Shown here piece by piece: positions 27,027-37,196 of a DNA stretch of 64,000 nt. The DNA comes from Pseudobdellovibrionaceae bacterium. Lineage in GTDB: Bacteria > Bdellovibrionota > Bdellovibrionia > Bdellovibrionales > Bdellovibrionaceae. The position numbers were made by a program, and so were the translations under genes. Within the stretch, counting starts at the first letter, position 1. The number at the start of each line of letters is the position of its first letter. Under the pieces are notes generated by a model. That model ran no database searches and was not told the DNA's origin. It saw only the letters and a list, made by a program, of their open reading frames with translations. The DNA is taken from positions 32,001 to 96,000 of the forward strand of contig JBDHWW010000003.1 of the NCBI GenBank assembly GCA_039810425.1, given 5' to 3'.

Positions 27027-29115
27027 TGTTTAACTCCACCAAAGCGACGGATTGTACATTTGCGTCGGATGTTAATTCGTTGTGAGACAAAATCACCAGT
27101 TGCGGGATGAATCTGTGAGTCAGCTTAAATAGGTGCCGCCGTGAAGTCGGGCTTGTTAACAAGATCGGCTGACCCGCGATTTCGGGATGCGTTTCGACTG
27201 TGCGAGCAATCTCGCCGATCAAACGGTGCGCCGTATTTGGATCCATCACCAACTGAACGCCCTGTTCTGTTTGCAACAGGGAATTCGCAATCAACTCTTC
27301 AATCACCGGATGCAACGTCATGACCGGAATATTGCCAAGTTCTGTCGTATATTTCGCCGTGATCGAGCGGGCCAAAGCACGACGAACATTCTCAGTAAGA
27401 ACTTCAGTGTCTTTATTGCGAGGAGCTTCATCCGCCAGTGTTTCAAAGATGGTCAGTAAGTCACGAATAGAAACCTGCTCCTTGAGCAAGCCCTGCAATA
27501 CACGCACAACAGCCCCCAAAGACATTTGATCCGGAATAAGCTCTTCGACCACTTTCGGATGGGACTTCTTGAAGTTCTCCACAAGGCTTGAAGCTTCCTG
27601 ACGGCCAAGAAGTTCGTGGGCATGCGTACGTACGATCTCCGTTAAGTGAGTCGCCATGACTGTCGGCAAATCCACTACGGTATAGCCAGCCATTTCGGCC
27701 TCTTCCTTACGATTTGGTGAAACCCAAAGGGCATCCAAACCAAACGCGGGCTCTTTCGTGGCAATCCCCTCAATGCGCTCCACCACATTACCGGGATCCA
27801 TCGCAAGCATAAATTCAGGACGAAGAGTACCGCCACCGACTCGGTTGCCTTTAATAAGCACGCGGTATTCACCCGGAGCCAGCTGCAAGTTGTCACGGAT
27901 ATGAATACTTGGCACCACAATCCCCAGATCAAGAGCAAACTGTTTACGGATACTGACGATCCGCTCGAGCAAATCACCGCTCTTGTCAGATTCAACGATG
28001 TTGATAAGACCGTAGCCAACCTCGAGTTCGACAAGATCCAAAGGCAACATCGTTTCGATATTTTCTTTCTTTGGCGCAGAAGCTACCACTTCAGCCGCTT
28101 TTTTCTCGTTCTCTTCTTTTTCAGCTTTGTAACGCTTGATGACCCAAGAAACCGTTCCAAGAACAATCGCCATGAACAAGAACGGAACTGTGGGAAGGCC
28201 GGGCACCAAGGCCAGCAAGCCGATTACCGCAGCAGATATACCCACAGCGCGTGGGTTTACCAAAAGTTGCCCCGCGACCTCGGCACCCATGTTTTCATCA
28301 GTACTGGAACTTCGGGTCACGATCATACCGGCTGCAGTCGAGATAATTAACGCCGGGATCTGTGCCAAAAGACCATCGCCGATTGTGAGCATGGTGTAAT
28401 ACTTGGCCGCTGTTGAAATATCGAGGCCCTTTTGAATCACCCCAATCAAAAGTCCACCGATAATATTAATCAAAGTAATGATGATGCCGGCAATCGCATC
28501 ACCACGTACGAACTTCGAGGCGCCGTCCATCGCACCGTAGAAGTCGGCTTCTTGTTCAATCTCTTTACGGCGTTTACGAGCGTCCGCCTCTGTGATCAAA
28601 CCGGCATTTAAGTCGGCATCGATTGCCATTTGCTTGCCTGGCATCGCATCCAAGGTGAAACGCGCCGCAACCTCAGCGACGCGTCCAGAACCCTTGGTGA
28701 TGACAATGAAGTTAATCACGATCAAGATCATAAAGACGATGATACCGATCACGTAGTTATTACCAACAACGAAGTTGCCGAAGGCCTCGATCACGTCGCC
28801 GGCGGCATGCGTACCTTCATGACCGTGAGTCAGAATCAAACGGGTTGTCGCCACGTTCATCGACAAACGGAACAAAGTCGTCATCAAGAGCAATGACGGG
28901 AACGACGTAAAATCGAGAGCACGCTTTACGTAGATAGAAACCACCAGGATCAACAAGCTTAAAGACAAAGAAAAACTCAGGGTCAAGTCGAGCATCAAAG
29001 GAGGAAGCGGGATAATCATAACCGCCAGGATCGCTAACAACCCGAAGGCAATGAATAGATCCGTATTCTTGGTGAATTTCTCGAATCTCTTGATGAATTG
29101 AAACAACGGTTCCAT
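27016..29115 (-). CDS. flhA: Flagellar export protein FlhA
   Basis: FHIPEP motif RVAEVAARFTLDAMPGKQMAIDAD and FYGAMDGASKFVRGD. Confidence 0.98.
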   Translation of the reverse strand: MEPLFQFIKRFEKFTKNTDLFIAFGLLAILAVMIIPLPPLMLDLTLSFSLSLSLLILVVSIYVKRALDFTSFPSLLLMTTLFRLSMNVATTRLILTHGHEGTHAAGDVIEAFGNFVVGNNYVIGIIVFMILIVINFIVITKGSGRVAEVAARFTLDAMPGKQMAIDADLNAGLITEADARKRRKEIEQEADFYGAMDGASKFVRGDAIAGIIITLINIIGGLLIGVIQKGLDISTAAKYYTMLTIGDGLLAQIPALIISTAAGMIVTRSSSTDENMGAEVAGQLLVNPRAVGISAAVIGLLALVPGLPTVPFLFMAIVLGTVSWVIKRYKAEKEENEKKAAEVVASAPKKENIETMLPLDLVELEVGYGLINIVESDKSGDLLERIVSIRKQFALDLGIVVPSIHIRDNLQLAPGEYRVLIKGNRVGGGTLRPEFMLAMDPGNVVERIEGIATKEPAFGLDALWVSPNRKEEAEMAGYTVVDLPTVMATHLTEIVRTHAHELLGRQEASSLVENFKKSHPKVVEELIPDQMSLGAVVRVLQGLLKEQVSIRDLLTIFETLADEAPRNKDTEVLTENVRRALARSITAKYTTELGNIPVMTLHPVIEELIANSLLQTEQGVQLVMDPNTAHRLIGEIARTVETHPEIAGQPILLTSPTSRRHLFKLTHRFIPQLVILSHNELTSDANVQSVALVELNNAG

Positions 29116-30179
29116 TATCTTCTCACCTTTTTACGTAACTTATAAACATACGAAAGAACTTCTGCGACCGCGACGAACAGCTCACGAGGAATCACCTGGC
29201 CGATTTTGAGGGTTTTATAAATTGTGCGCGCCAGCGGTTTATTCTCCACAATCGGAATATTGTGCTCGCGTGCGACTTCTTTAATTTTCTCGGCCATGAA
29301 ATCAGCACCTTTGGCCACGATTTGTGGCGCCGGCAAATTCGCATCGTATTTCAATACCACCGCGATATGAGTCGGATTCGTGATGACGACGTCGGCTTTA
29401 GGAATGGCGTCCATCATACGCTTACTCGCACGCTCCCGTTGCAAGCGGCGTACGCGGGCCTTGATCATCGGATCCCCTTCGCGGGACTTGGCTTCTTCTT
29501 TCACCTCTTGCTTGGTCATCATCATTTCGCGCTCAAGTTTCCAGCGCTGAAAAAAATAGTCCGCAGCGGAAAGAACCAGCAACATCATGCCGATACCACC
29601 AAGCAGGCGAACGACAATACCACCGATGTATTGAAGAATGCCTTCGAGGGAGTAACCGATCAGATAAGGAATCTTCACCACTTCTGAACGAAGCAAGAAG
29701 TACAGAACCATGCCAATAAAAAGTAATTTTAAAAACGACTTCAAGCCCTCAACCAGAGCCCGCATACTGAAGACGCGTTTAAACCCTTCAATCGGATTCA
29801 ACTTGTTGAAGTCCGGGCTCATCGCGTCTTCGACTTGCATGAAACCGACTTGGGCGATTGACGAGATAGCGCTGATCAAAGCGGCAACCGCCATCACCGG
29901 CGCAATCAACACAAACATCTTCTGCGCACTGAACGCCATTGCCTCCGTAAAGTTGCCCGAGCGGATTGTGGCCACAAGCTGTGGACCAAACGAGTAGTTG
30001 AAAACTTCAAAAATGTTTTGAAAAAAGAAGCGACTGAGGGCAAAAATGCCCCCCGCAAATGTCAACAATAGCAGGCAGGACGCCAACTCTTTTGTTTGCG
30101 CCACCTGGCCACGTCTGCGGAAGTCTTCCCTCCGCGCATCCGTCGCCTGTTCCGTCTTCTCTTCTTGATCCTCTGCCAC
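29115..30179 (-). CDS. flhB: Flagellar export protein FlhB
   Basis: EKTEQAT N-terminus; NPTH autocleavage motif. Confidence 0.97.
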   Translation of the reverse strand: MAEDQEEKTEQATDARREDFRRRGQVAQTKELASCLLLLTFAGGIFALSRFFFQNIFEVFNYSFGPQLVATIRSGNFTEAMAFSAQKMFVLIAPVMAVAALISAISSIAQVGFMQVEDAMSPDFNKLNPIEGFKRVFSMRALVEGLKSFLKLLFIGMVLYFLLRSEVVKIPYLIGYSLEGILQYIGGIVVRLLGGIGMMLLVLSAADYFFQRWKLEREMMMTKQEVKEEAKSREGDPMIKARVRRLQRERASKRMMDAIPKADVVITNPTHIAVVLKYDANLPAPQIVAKGADFMAEKIKEVAREHNIPIVENKPLARTIYKTLKIGQVIPRELFVAVAEVLSYVYKLRKKVRR

Positions 30180-30193
30180 CTAAATGTTCCTTC

Positions 30194-30973
30194 CTAGAAC
30201 GCTAAGGCTTTCATTACCAACAACATTTTCGTCTGTGTTAAATCCAAAATCCCGTTCATCTCCATGACGAGTAATGGAATGCAGATGAACATCAAAACAA
30301 AACCCAACATCAAAGTTACCGGCATACTGGTTACTAAAACATTGATTTGGGGCACCGCCCTGCCCAAGACTCCCATAGCGATGTTTGTAATCAAAATCGC
30401 GCCGATAACCGGAGCGCACATTTTGATCGCCATGACCATCATGTCTTGGACAAAACCCGCCATCTCGGCAAACGGTCCCACCGAAAATTTTAATTGCGCC
30501 AATGGGATCAGTTCGTAACTTTGGGCGATTCCCATCACCAGCATGTGATGGCCATTCACCGCAAAAAAAATCAACGTCGCGATCGTGTTGTAAAAATGCT
30601 CCACCGTATTGCTGTTCTGACCCAGCATCGGATTAAAAATCTGTGCTTGGCCCAAACCGATCGAAACTGAGATCAGCTCTCCCATCATACCCACCGCGAA
30701 GAAAAACAAACGGGTTAAGAAGCCTAAACTCAAGCCAACGGCCACTTCCCGGGCTGACAGCAAAACCAGGTCCTCCGTCAAACGAGCCACTTCACCGGCA
30801 GAGATTTGAATCGAAGGCATTACGACCATCGAAAACACCACGGCCAAAAGGATTTTGATCGGAACGCTGATATTGCCCGAGCCAAAAACCACAGAAGAAA
30901 CCACGAAGGAAATCATCCTCAAAAAGATGAGCCCGAACATGATGACTTGTGCTTCCGACATTGCGTAGAACAA
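30194..30973 (-). CDS. fliR: Flagellar export protein FliR
   Basis: Multi-TM; GRAVPQINV motif; position in operon. Confidence 0.94.
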   Translation of the reverse strand: MFYAMSEAQVIMFGLIFLRMISFVVSSVVFGSGNISVPIKILLAVVFSMVVMPSIQISAGEVARLTEDLVLLSAREVAVGLSLGFLTRLFFFAVGMMGELISVSIGLGQAQIFNPMLGQNSNTVEHFYNTIATLIFFAVNGHHMLVMGIAQSYELIPLAQLKFSVGPFAEMAGFVQDMMVMAIKMCAPVIGAILITNIAMGVLGRAVPQINVLVTSMPVTLMLGFVLMFICIPLLVMEMNGILDLTQTKMLLVMKALAF

Positions 30974-30984
30974 ATGCGTCCCCT

Positions 30985-31257
30985 TTATTCCCGTACAATC
31001 GTGGCAATATTCTCAAACAAACTGACTGTGTAATTGCTCATCACGTCCATCATCCAGGGACCGGCGAGCACAAATACCAACGCAACTACGATCATCTTTG
31101 GAATGAACGTCAGCGTTGATTCATTGATCTGAGTCAAAGCTTGGAAGATGCTCACGGCCAATCCGATGACCAGCGTGCTCAACAGCATAGGGGCCGCCAA
31201 CATTGCTGTCGTGCGAAGGGCGTCTTGCCCTAACTTGATAATAATCTCTTCAGTCAT
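30985..31257 (-). CDS. fliQ: Flagellar export protein FliQ
   Basis: FQALTQINESTLTFIPK motif. Confidence 0.97.
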   Translation of the reverse strand: MTEEIIIKLGQDALRTTAMLAAPMLLSTLVIGLAVSIFQALTQINESTLTFIPKMIVVALVFVLAGPWMMDVMSNYTVSLFENIATIVRE

Positions 31258-31266
31258 CGTCCACTC

Positions 31267-32007
31267 CTACCCAAAACTCTTCACCATCGAACCGATGAGA
31301 AGGCCCCAGCCGTCAACCAAAACAAAGAGCATAATTTTAAATGGCAGTGAAATTACTACCGGCGGCAACATCATCATACCCATTGCCATTAAGACACTTG
31401 AAGCGACGATATCGATCACTAAGAACGGTAAGAAAATGATAAATCCAATCTGGAATGCCGTTTTTAGCTCAGACACAACGAAAGCGGGAACCAAAACGAT
31501 CGTAGGAACGTCCGCACGAGTTTTGGGTGCTTCGATTTTCGCTAACTTCACGAACAACGCCAGATCTTGGTCACGGGTCTGATGGAACATGAACTTCCGA
31601 AGTGGCGCCAATGAGTTTTCCAGAGCCGCGTCTTGGGAAATTTTTCCCGCCAAATACGGCTGCACACCTGTTTCATTAATCTCTTTAAAGGCCGGCCCCA
31701 TCACGAAAAAGGTCAGGAATAAAGACAAGCCCACCAACAGTTGGTTTGGCGGCATTTGCTGAATACCCATCGCTTGCCTTAAAAAGGACAAAACAATAAT
31801 GATACGAGTAAAGCCCGTCATCAGAATCAAGATCGCCGGCGCTAAAGTCAGCACCGTCATGATCAGAACCAATTTAATGGCGTTGACCACTTCATTTGGG
31901 TTGTCCGTTGTTTTAAAACCCAAATTCACTGTTGGCAAAGTCACTTGTTGTGCCATCGCCCAGGAGCCGAAAAGAACGATACCCGCCATCAGTAAGAGTT
32001 TTTTCAC
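31267..32007 (-). CDS. fliP: Flagellar export protein FliP
   Basis: [14 protein letters not shown] and [23 protein letters not shown] motifs. Confidence 0.98.
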   Translation of the reverse strand: MKKLLLMAGIVLFGSWAMAQQVTLPTVNLGFKTTDNPNEVVNAIKLVLIMTVLTLAPAILILMTGFTRIIIVLSFLRQAMGIQQMPPNQLLVGLSLFLTFFVMGPAFKEINETGVQPYLAGKISQDAALENSLAPLRKFMFHQTRDQDLALFVKLAKIEAPKTRADVPTIVLVPAFVVSELKTAFQIGFIIFLPFLVIDIVASSVLMAMGMMMLPPVVISLPFKIMLFVLVDGWGLLIGSMVKSFG

Positions 32008-32690
32008 TGGAAAGACCTCATGCCCTTCAACTTCTTCGAAACAACATCTTTAACCCCGCGGATCGAAAACTCTTCCTCATCTTCCGCATCCATGGTCGCG
32101 TCCGGGGCCGTCTTCGCCGCCGGCGTGTACTTCGTTGCAGGTACGTTCGCGAAAGTGTCCGCGAAGTTACCGCTGTGAATTTCCTCTGGAACCTCGTCAT
32201 CCAACAAAGCCAAGGACTTGATCATATTGATGTTCTGGTCTGTCACGCCGATCAGGATGCTTTCACCTGCAACGCGAATGATTGCCAATGACTTCTTTGG
32301 ACCCAAATAGTGCTGAGTCAGCACCTTAATTTCGTTATTCTTACCGGCCGCAAAACTCGTCTTAGAGTATTTGCGCATGTAAATATAGGCGCCTGTGCCA
32401 AGAACACCCATCATTGAAACAATCAGAATCAATCTGAAAATAGGGGAACCATCCTCTGAAGCTTTCTTGGGGGAACTCAGGTTCAAAGGAATTTCTGATT
32501 CTTTTTTGCTTTCAACAACCGCATCTTTATTCTCGGCCGTCGTACCCACTGCCACCGGCGCGGTCTCCGTTTTCGCAGCTTCAGCCACCGCCACGGTTTC
32601 AGCCACGTTTGCGGGTTCTTTTGCCGAAACCGTCAAACTAACCATTAATAAAGATGCAACTAGTAACAAGCGCATGAATACCTCGTTCAT
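32004..32690 (-). CDS. fliO: Flagellar biosynthesis protein FliO
   Basis: TM helix followed by [21 protein letters not shown]; lies between fliN and fliP. Confidence 0.88.
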   Translation of the reverse strand: MNEVFMRLLLVASLLMVSLTVSAKEPANVAETVAVAEAAKTETAPVAVGTTAENKDAVVESKKESEIPLNLSSPKKASEDGSPIFRLILIVSMMGVLGTGAYIYMRKYSKTSFAAGKNNEIKVLTQHYLGPKKSLAIIRVAGESILIGVTDQNINMIKSLALLDDEVPEEIHSGNFADTFANVPATKYTPAAKTAPDATMDAEDEEEFSIRGVKDVVSKKLKGMRSFQ

Positions 32691-33094
32691 TATTTCAACT
32701 GCTCAATACGTTCGGTCGGGCTGATGATATCTGTCAGACGCACGCCGAATTTTTCATTGACTACAACTGCTTCGCCGCGGGCGATGAGCTTTTCGTTCAC
32801 ATAGACTTCCATCGGCTCACCGGCCAGTTTAGCAAGTTCGATCACACTTCCTTGAGTGAGATTCAACAACTCGCTCACAGGCATTTTCGTGCGGCCCAAT
32901 TCCACTGTCACGCGAAGTGGAATATCCAAAATTAATTGCAAGTTTTTATCTTTCGGTCCACCGGCGCCGCCACCGCTCATACCGCCGGCACCACCACCTC
33001 CGCCCGTATCGCCCCCGCCTTTACCCGCGAGCGCATCGTTCATTGCGGCGGCTTCTTCCGCGAGCTGATCGGCTAGATTCTCTAAATCGTTCAT
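32690..33094 (-). CDS. fliN: Flagellar motor switch protein FliN
   Basis: ILDIPLRVTVELGRT..GEAVVVNEKFGVR SPOA domain. Confidence 0.97.
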   Translation of the reverse strand: MNDLENLADQLAEEAAAMNDALAGKGGGDTGGGGGAGGMSGGGAGGPKDKNLQLILDIPLRVTVELGRTKMPVSELLNLTQGSVIELAKLAGEPMEVYVNEKLIARGEAVVVNEKFGVRLTDIISPTERIEQLK

Positions 33095-33106
33095 GATGGC
33101 ATCCCC

Positions 33107-34111
33107 CTATTTCTCAATTGGACGTGTGACTTGTACTGCCACCGTTCCGTGATGAATTCCGTAGTAACCTTTAAACTTTTTAACATTCTCAATTTGAATA
33201 TCGATTTCACCGGTCGCATCCTGGTCCAGAGGAATCACGTCACCGATTTTCATACCCATCAAATCCTGAAGTAAAATCTCTGTTTGGCCGAGGTTTACTT
33301 TCACTTCACAGTTTGTTTCCAACAATTGCTCTTTGATGATCGCCGTCCAAAGTTTTTTATCTGTTTGATCAGACTCAACTTGGAAACCTGATTGGAGTTT
33401 TTGCTTAATAGGTTCGATGGTTGCGTAGGGAACGACTACTGATATAGTTCCTGTCGCATTTTCCAATTCCACGTCGAAAGTAGAAGCAATAACCACATCT
33501 GTCGGGGGAACGATACCGACGAACTGGGGGTTCACCTCAGTACGTACGAAAGAACAGTCAATCTTCTCAACCGAAGCCCAAGCATTTTCCAAATCATTGA
33601 TTGCGAGCTCCACGACCTTTTTAACAATCGAAAGTTCGATCTGTGTAAATTCCTTGCCGTCGATTTTAGTATAGGGGCGGTCCGCGCCGCCGAAGAAGCT
33701 GTCCACCAAAGCGTAGGCAAGTTTACTTTCGATCACCATCAAAGCCGAACCACGAAGAGAACCGAAACGCAGAACCGACATGCATGTCGGCATCGGCAAA
33801 GTATTGATAAACTCGCCGAATTTCAAAAACTCAGTGCTTGTGAGCGTAATGGAGGCAATCTTACGCAGCGTTGATGACAACGAAACGCGGAAGGCGCGCA
33901 TGAATTTCTCGTAGATAACTTCGAGTTGCGGCAAGCGACCGCGGATAATACGGTCTTGGCTCGTTAAATCGTAGTTAACGACGTTCTTGCCGTCTGTCGC
34001 CTTGACCGAACCGGAGCTCTCCGTTTTCGGCGTATCAGCGGTCGTCACCTCACCATCGGAGACGGCGGCTAAGAGCGCATCTACTTCACTTTGTGACAGG
34101 ACCTGATTCAT
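33107..34111 (-). CDS. fliM: Flagellar motor switch protein FliM
   Basis: LSQSEVDALL CheY-binding motif; GGxxxP; EVNPQF. Confidence 0.97.
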   Translation of the reverse strand: MNQVLSQSEVDALLAAVSDGEVTTADTPKTESSGSVKATDGKNVVNYDLTSQDRIIRGRLPQLEVIYEKFMRAFRVSLSSTLRKIASITLTSTEFLKFGEFINTLPMPTCMSVLRFGSLRGSALMVIESKLAYALVDSFFGGADRPYTKIDGKEFTQIELSIVKKVVELAINDLENAWASVEKIDCSFVRTEVNPQFVGIVPPTDVVIASTFDVELENATGTISVVVPYATIEPIKQKLQSGFQVESDQTDKKLWTAIIKEQLLETNCEVKVNLGQTEILLQDLMGMKIGDVIPLDQDATGEIDIQIENVKKFKGYYGIHHGTVAVQVTRPIEK

Positions 34112-34120
34112 GTTCGACCT

Positions 34121-34666
34121 CTAGTTATAGATAAATTCAGTGAAGAACACGTTAGAGATCTTTCCTTTCACCAGGAAAGAATTGATGGTGTCCTTAATTT
34201 CATTTCTGAGATTGTCTTTACCTTCTCGAGTCGAAACTTCCTCGTAGGTCTTGCTAGAGAGAATGATGATAATAATGTCGCGTACTTGAGCTTTGCGCTT
34301 GTCGATCTCTTCCTGAACCGCGGGGCCCCTTACTTCAAGCTCGATGCTTACGCTAGCAAGCTTTCGGCCCTTAGAGCCTGCAAGATTGATGATGAACTTC
34401 TCTAATGGAATGATTTGACCGACGAATTTCTTTTCTTCGGTATTTTCTTTTTCATGATCTTGGGCTTCTTTTTCGCCCTTAATCACTTGCTCGATTTTAG
34501 GTTCTGCCGCTTCTTTTTGTTTGCCTTTATAAAGCATGAAGCCCACGCCGGCGACCACCAACATGTTAATAACTGCCAGGGCAATCAGAATGATATTGTT
34601 TTTCCCGCCACTAGATGGCGCCGCTGCTGGTTCTACTGCCGCTGCCGCCGCTTTTTCCTCTGCCAC
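34121..34666 (-). CDS. fliL: Flagellar basal body-associated protein FliL
   Basis: Single TM, FIINL, RDIII and VFFTEFI motifs. Start moved to GTG 34666 after a GGAGGA RBS; the ORF-track start lies inside the promoter. Confidence 0.92.
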   Translation of the reverse strand: MAEEKAAAAAVEPAAAPSSGGKNNIILIALAVINMLVVAGVGFMLYKGKQKEAAEPKIEQVIKGEKEAQDHEKENTEEKKFVGQIIPLEKFIINLAGSKGRKLASVSIELEVRGPAVQEEIDKRKAQVRDIIIIILSSKTYEEVSTREGKDNLRNEIKDTINSFLVKGKISNVFFTEFIYN

Positions 34667-34712
34667 TTCATCCTCCTTGATGAATAGACACACCGATCTC
34701 AGTAAGTTATTA

Positions 34713-34728
34713 AGCAACGTTAGTGCCA
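34713..34728 (-). promoter_or_regulatory. Sigma54 promoter of the fliL-fliA operon
   Basis: TGGCACTAACGTTGCT, close to the consensus TGGCAC-N5-TTGC. Confidence 0.82.
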
Positions 34729-35025
34729 ACGCGACATCGGTCTAGTCGAGTCACGGTTTTGGCATGTCAGATAGAACTAATGAAATCTGGGAAATTTTTG
34801 CCGCTCGATCTGGACCCGGCAAGCTCCAAAATCCCGATAGGCAGAGTCAGCCTTTTGACGGCAAATTTTGCCGCACCAACCTTAGTCGAGGGCGACCAGG
34901 CAAAGAGGCGGGGGGCCTTAATGCCGTGCGAATCACCTGCTCTAAAACGGAGGGCCAAATATATCAAAGAAAAAAATCAACCAACTGAAAAACTCGCTTG
35001 GTTCGGGATTTAATCTTTCAAATGG

Positions 35026-36123
35026 TTAATTCGCAAAAACATCTGCACAGCGGGCGTTGAATGGGTTTTGTATTAGTCCCTTCATAACCGCTTGCGCAAA
35101 CCGCGTTTCAATAAAGGTCGTTATCTTCGTGTTATTCAAGTATACGACAAGGCCGACGATACCAGACGTTGCCAAAGCTCCCCACGGGGACAGGCCATAC
35201 ACGCTCGGGCTAAAAAGCATGGCCGTTGCCGCAAAATAACCCAGAAGAATGGATCGTGTCTCCTGCACTCGGCGGAAAACCCATTTCGAAGCCGGCTGAA
35301 TGCGTTCGTCAATCGAAGCAATATTCTCGGACCAGGCAAAGGATGCCACGCTCGACACTAGGCTCATCATTATCGGCACAGTCAACAGATGCATGTCCAC
35401 TGTTCCATCAACGAGTCGATCGAAGGAGAGGAAAGGAACCCGCGATAAGTTAATTAAACTTGAGAGCGCAAAGCTCGAAGTAAACAGCATACTGACGTCT
35501 GCAAAAGACTTCGCTTTAAGTTGGTCTGTTTTATAAATAAATTTGCTAAAAAATGAATAGAAGGGTTTCGTCGCATGGGACCAGCTATCTTTGTTAAGGC
35601 CGAATGCAACTGCGGTCATTACGGTGAAAACTATATTAGCGGTTCTTTCGAAACTCGAAAGATGGCTCGCATGAATCCATACATAAGAATCGACAAGAGT
35701 ATTAAAGGTTACAATCACGAGACCCCATTTATCGGCTTTCGCCGAAGTGACAACCTTCGCAGGATAAGCTCTTAGCAGCGCCGAGAAGTTCTTTGCCTTA
35801 GATTCTTTTCCCGCACGCGGAAGCGGCATCAACGCCACGTTTTCTTTTTTCAACTGAGCCGTACCGACCAAAATGTCTTCTAGATCCGAAGACACGATGA
35901 CATTTTTATCAGTCTTCTCAACGTGTTTTTTAATTTGAGCAAGAACCTCGGCCTCAGAGGCCACTTCCGGCAGCTCGACTTGAATATTCGTCGCCGCACT
36001 ACCCGCCCCAACACTGAGCTGTACAGAGATGTCTTCACGAATAGGAATTCTCTGTTGAGCAAACAGAGTCTCGGCAGAAAAGAAAGCCAGCAGAATAAAA
36101 AGCGATGTGCGACGTACAACCAT
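35026..36123 (-). CDS. Hypothetical membrane protein (signal peptide plus several TM helices)
   Basis: 365-aa ORF 14 nt downstream of the ART-like gene; hydrophobic C-terminal two thirds. Confidence 0.72.
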   Translation of the reverse strand: MVVRRTSLFILLAFFSAETLFAQQRIPIREDISVQLSVGAGSAATNIQVELPEVASEAEVLAQIKKHVEKTDKNVIVSSDLEDILVGTAQLKKENVALMPLPRAGKESKAKNFSALLRAYPAKVVTSAKADKWGLVIVTFNTLVDSYVWIHASHLSSFERTANIVFTVMTAVAFGLNKDSWSHATKPFYSFFSKFIYKTDQLKAKSFADVSMLFTSSFALSSLINLSRVPFLSFDRLVDGTVDMHLLTVPIMMSLVSSVASFAWSENIASIDERIQPASKWVFRRVQETRSILLGYFAATAMLFSPSVYGLSPWGALATSGIVGLVVYLNNTKITTFIETRFAQAVMKGLIQNPFNARCADVFAN

Positions 36124-36137
36124 TTTAAGCCACCTAT

Positions 36138-37163
36138 TTATCGAGTAGGACCGTATGGAACTTCAGCCTTGCAACCCATCACATTTTCTTTCAGCCAATC
36201 AACGACATTGGGGTTCGTGTCGTTCGAAGGCACATCGCTCCAAGTGAGCCTTAAGTAGCCGCTATAAATGCGCCCACTCATCAGTTTGAAAATGGCGTCA
36301 AGAGTGATTCGGTCTGTCTTAGCATCAGGAGTTTGCGAATTAAATATTCTCACATTACTCGGTGAAATTCTCCCGGTTGACGTTAGGACCAGGGCTCTTT
36401 GACCAAAGGGTCCTCGATAGTTTCCGATAGCCGCTGTTTCAGAGCTCGGTGGGACAAGAGCATCACTATTGCATCCCGAAATACTTAAGAAATTACCATA
36501 ATCATAAAAGAAGCCTTCTATATTGAGCTTGTCCTTAAGAACACGGCGTACTGCCAATTTGCATTGATCCCGGTCGCCATAGCCGCTAGGAAGTTGAACC
36601 AAAGCGCTCAGACTCGAAAAGTAGGGGCATTGCTCATTTTGGAAATAGTTGGAAATTTCCGAAGGAAATAACGGAGTATCCTTTACGAGGTCGAGGGTTT
36701 TAAAACCTTTTGGCAGCTGAATTTGAATGAGGACTGCATTACCCGGTCCCCCGCCAAAACTATATGTTTCCATTGGATTTTGCGCAGCATAAAAACCCGG
36801 ACCGTACATGTTATTCATCCCATAATTCGGCGTAGATGCAGGACTGCAATCGTCAGGGTTTAAACTTGAATTTTGCGTTGAACAGTAACTTTGAAAAAAG
36901 CGGGATCCTTGATTTCGAACGTAATTATAGCCAGCATAATCGTAAGCGGAAATAGGAGACTTCCAAAGAGCGTTGCGGTTAGTGGCATCGAACCAATGAA
37001 AAACCATGTAAGGCCTTTTCAGTTCATAAACATATTTCGAGAGGTATTGAACAACTTCAGCCTCACTCGCTACACGACCCTGAAATTGGTTTGTGCTATC
37101 AGTTCGCGCAAATGCCACCGAAAAATTCAGCAATAAGCTGGCAAAAAGGATAAGTTTCGTCAT
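36138..37163 (-). CDS. Exported putative ADP-ribosyltransferase-fold protein, paralog 1
   Basis: Signal peptide; VFHW; MYGPGFYAAQNPMETYSF (Y-X10-F); VLIQIQLPKG; 6 Cys; GAGGA RBS. The CDS is solid; the function is inferred. Confidence 0.65.
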   Translation of the reverse strand: MTKLILFASLLLNFSVAFARTDSTNQFQGRVASEAEVVQYLSKYVYELKRPYMVFHWFDATNRNALWKSPISAYDYAGYNYVRNQGSRFFQSYCSTQNSSLNPDDCSPASTPNYGMNNMYGPGFYAAQNPMETYSFGGGPGNAVLIQIQLPKGFKTLDLVKDTPLFPSEISNYFQNEQCPYFSSLSALVQLPSGYGDRDQCKLAVRRVLKDKLNIEGFFYDYGNFLSISGCNSDALVPPSSETAAIGNYRGPFGQRALVLTSTGRISPSNVRIFNSQTPDAKTDRITLDAIFKLMSGRIYSGYLRLTWSDVPSNDTNPNVVDWLKENVMGCKAEVPYGPTR

Positions 37164-37196
37164 CTTCGTAAATTCCTCTTTCTTCCGTCATCCAAA

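Noticed and set aside
34730..35025. Riboswitch, ncRNA or small ORFs upstream of fliL
   Set aside because: I could not find c-di-GMP riboswitch or tRNA motifs by eye, and the short ORFs lack an RBS or recognisable features. An Infernal/Rfam scan would be needed to exclude an RNA fully.
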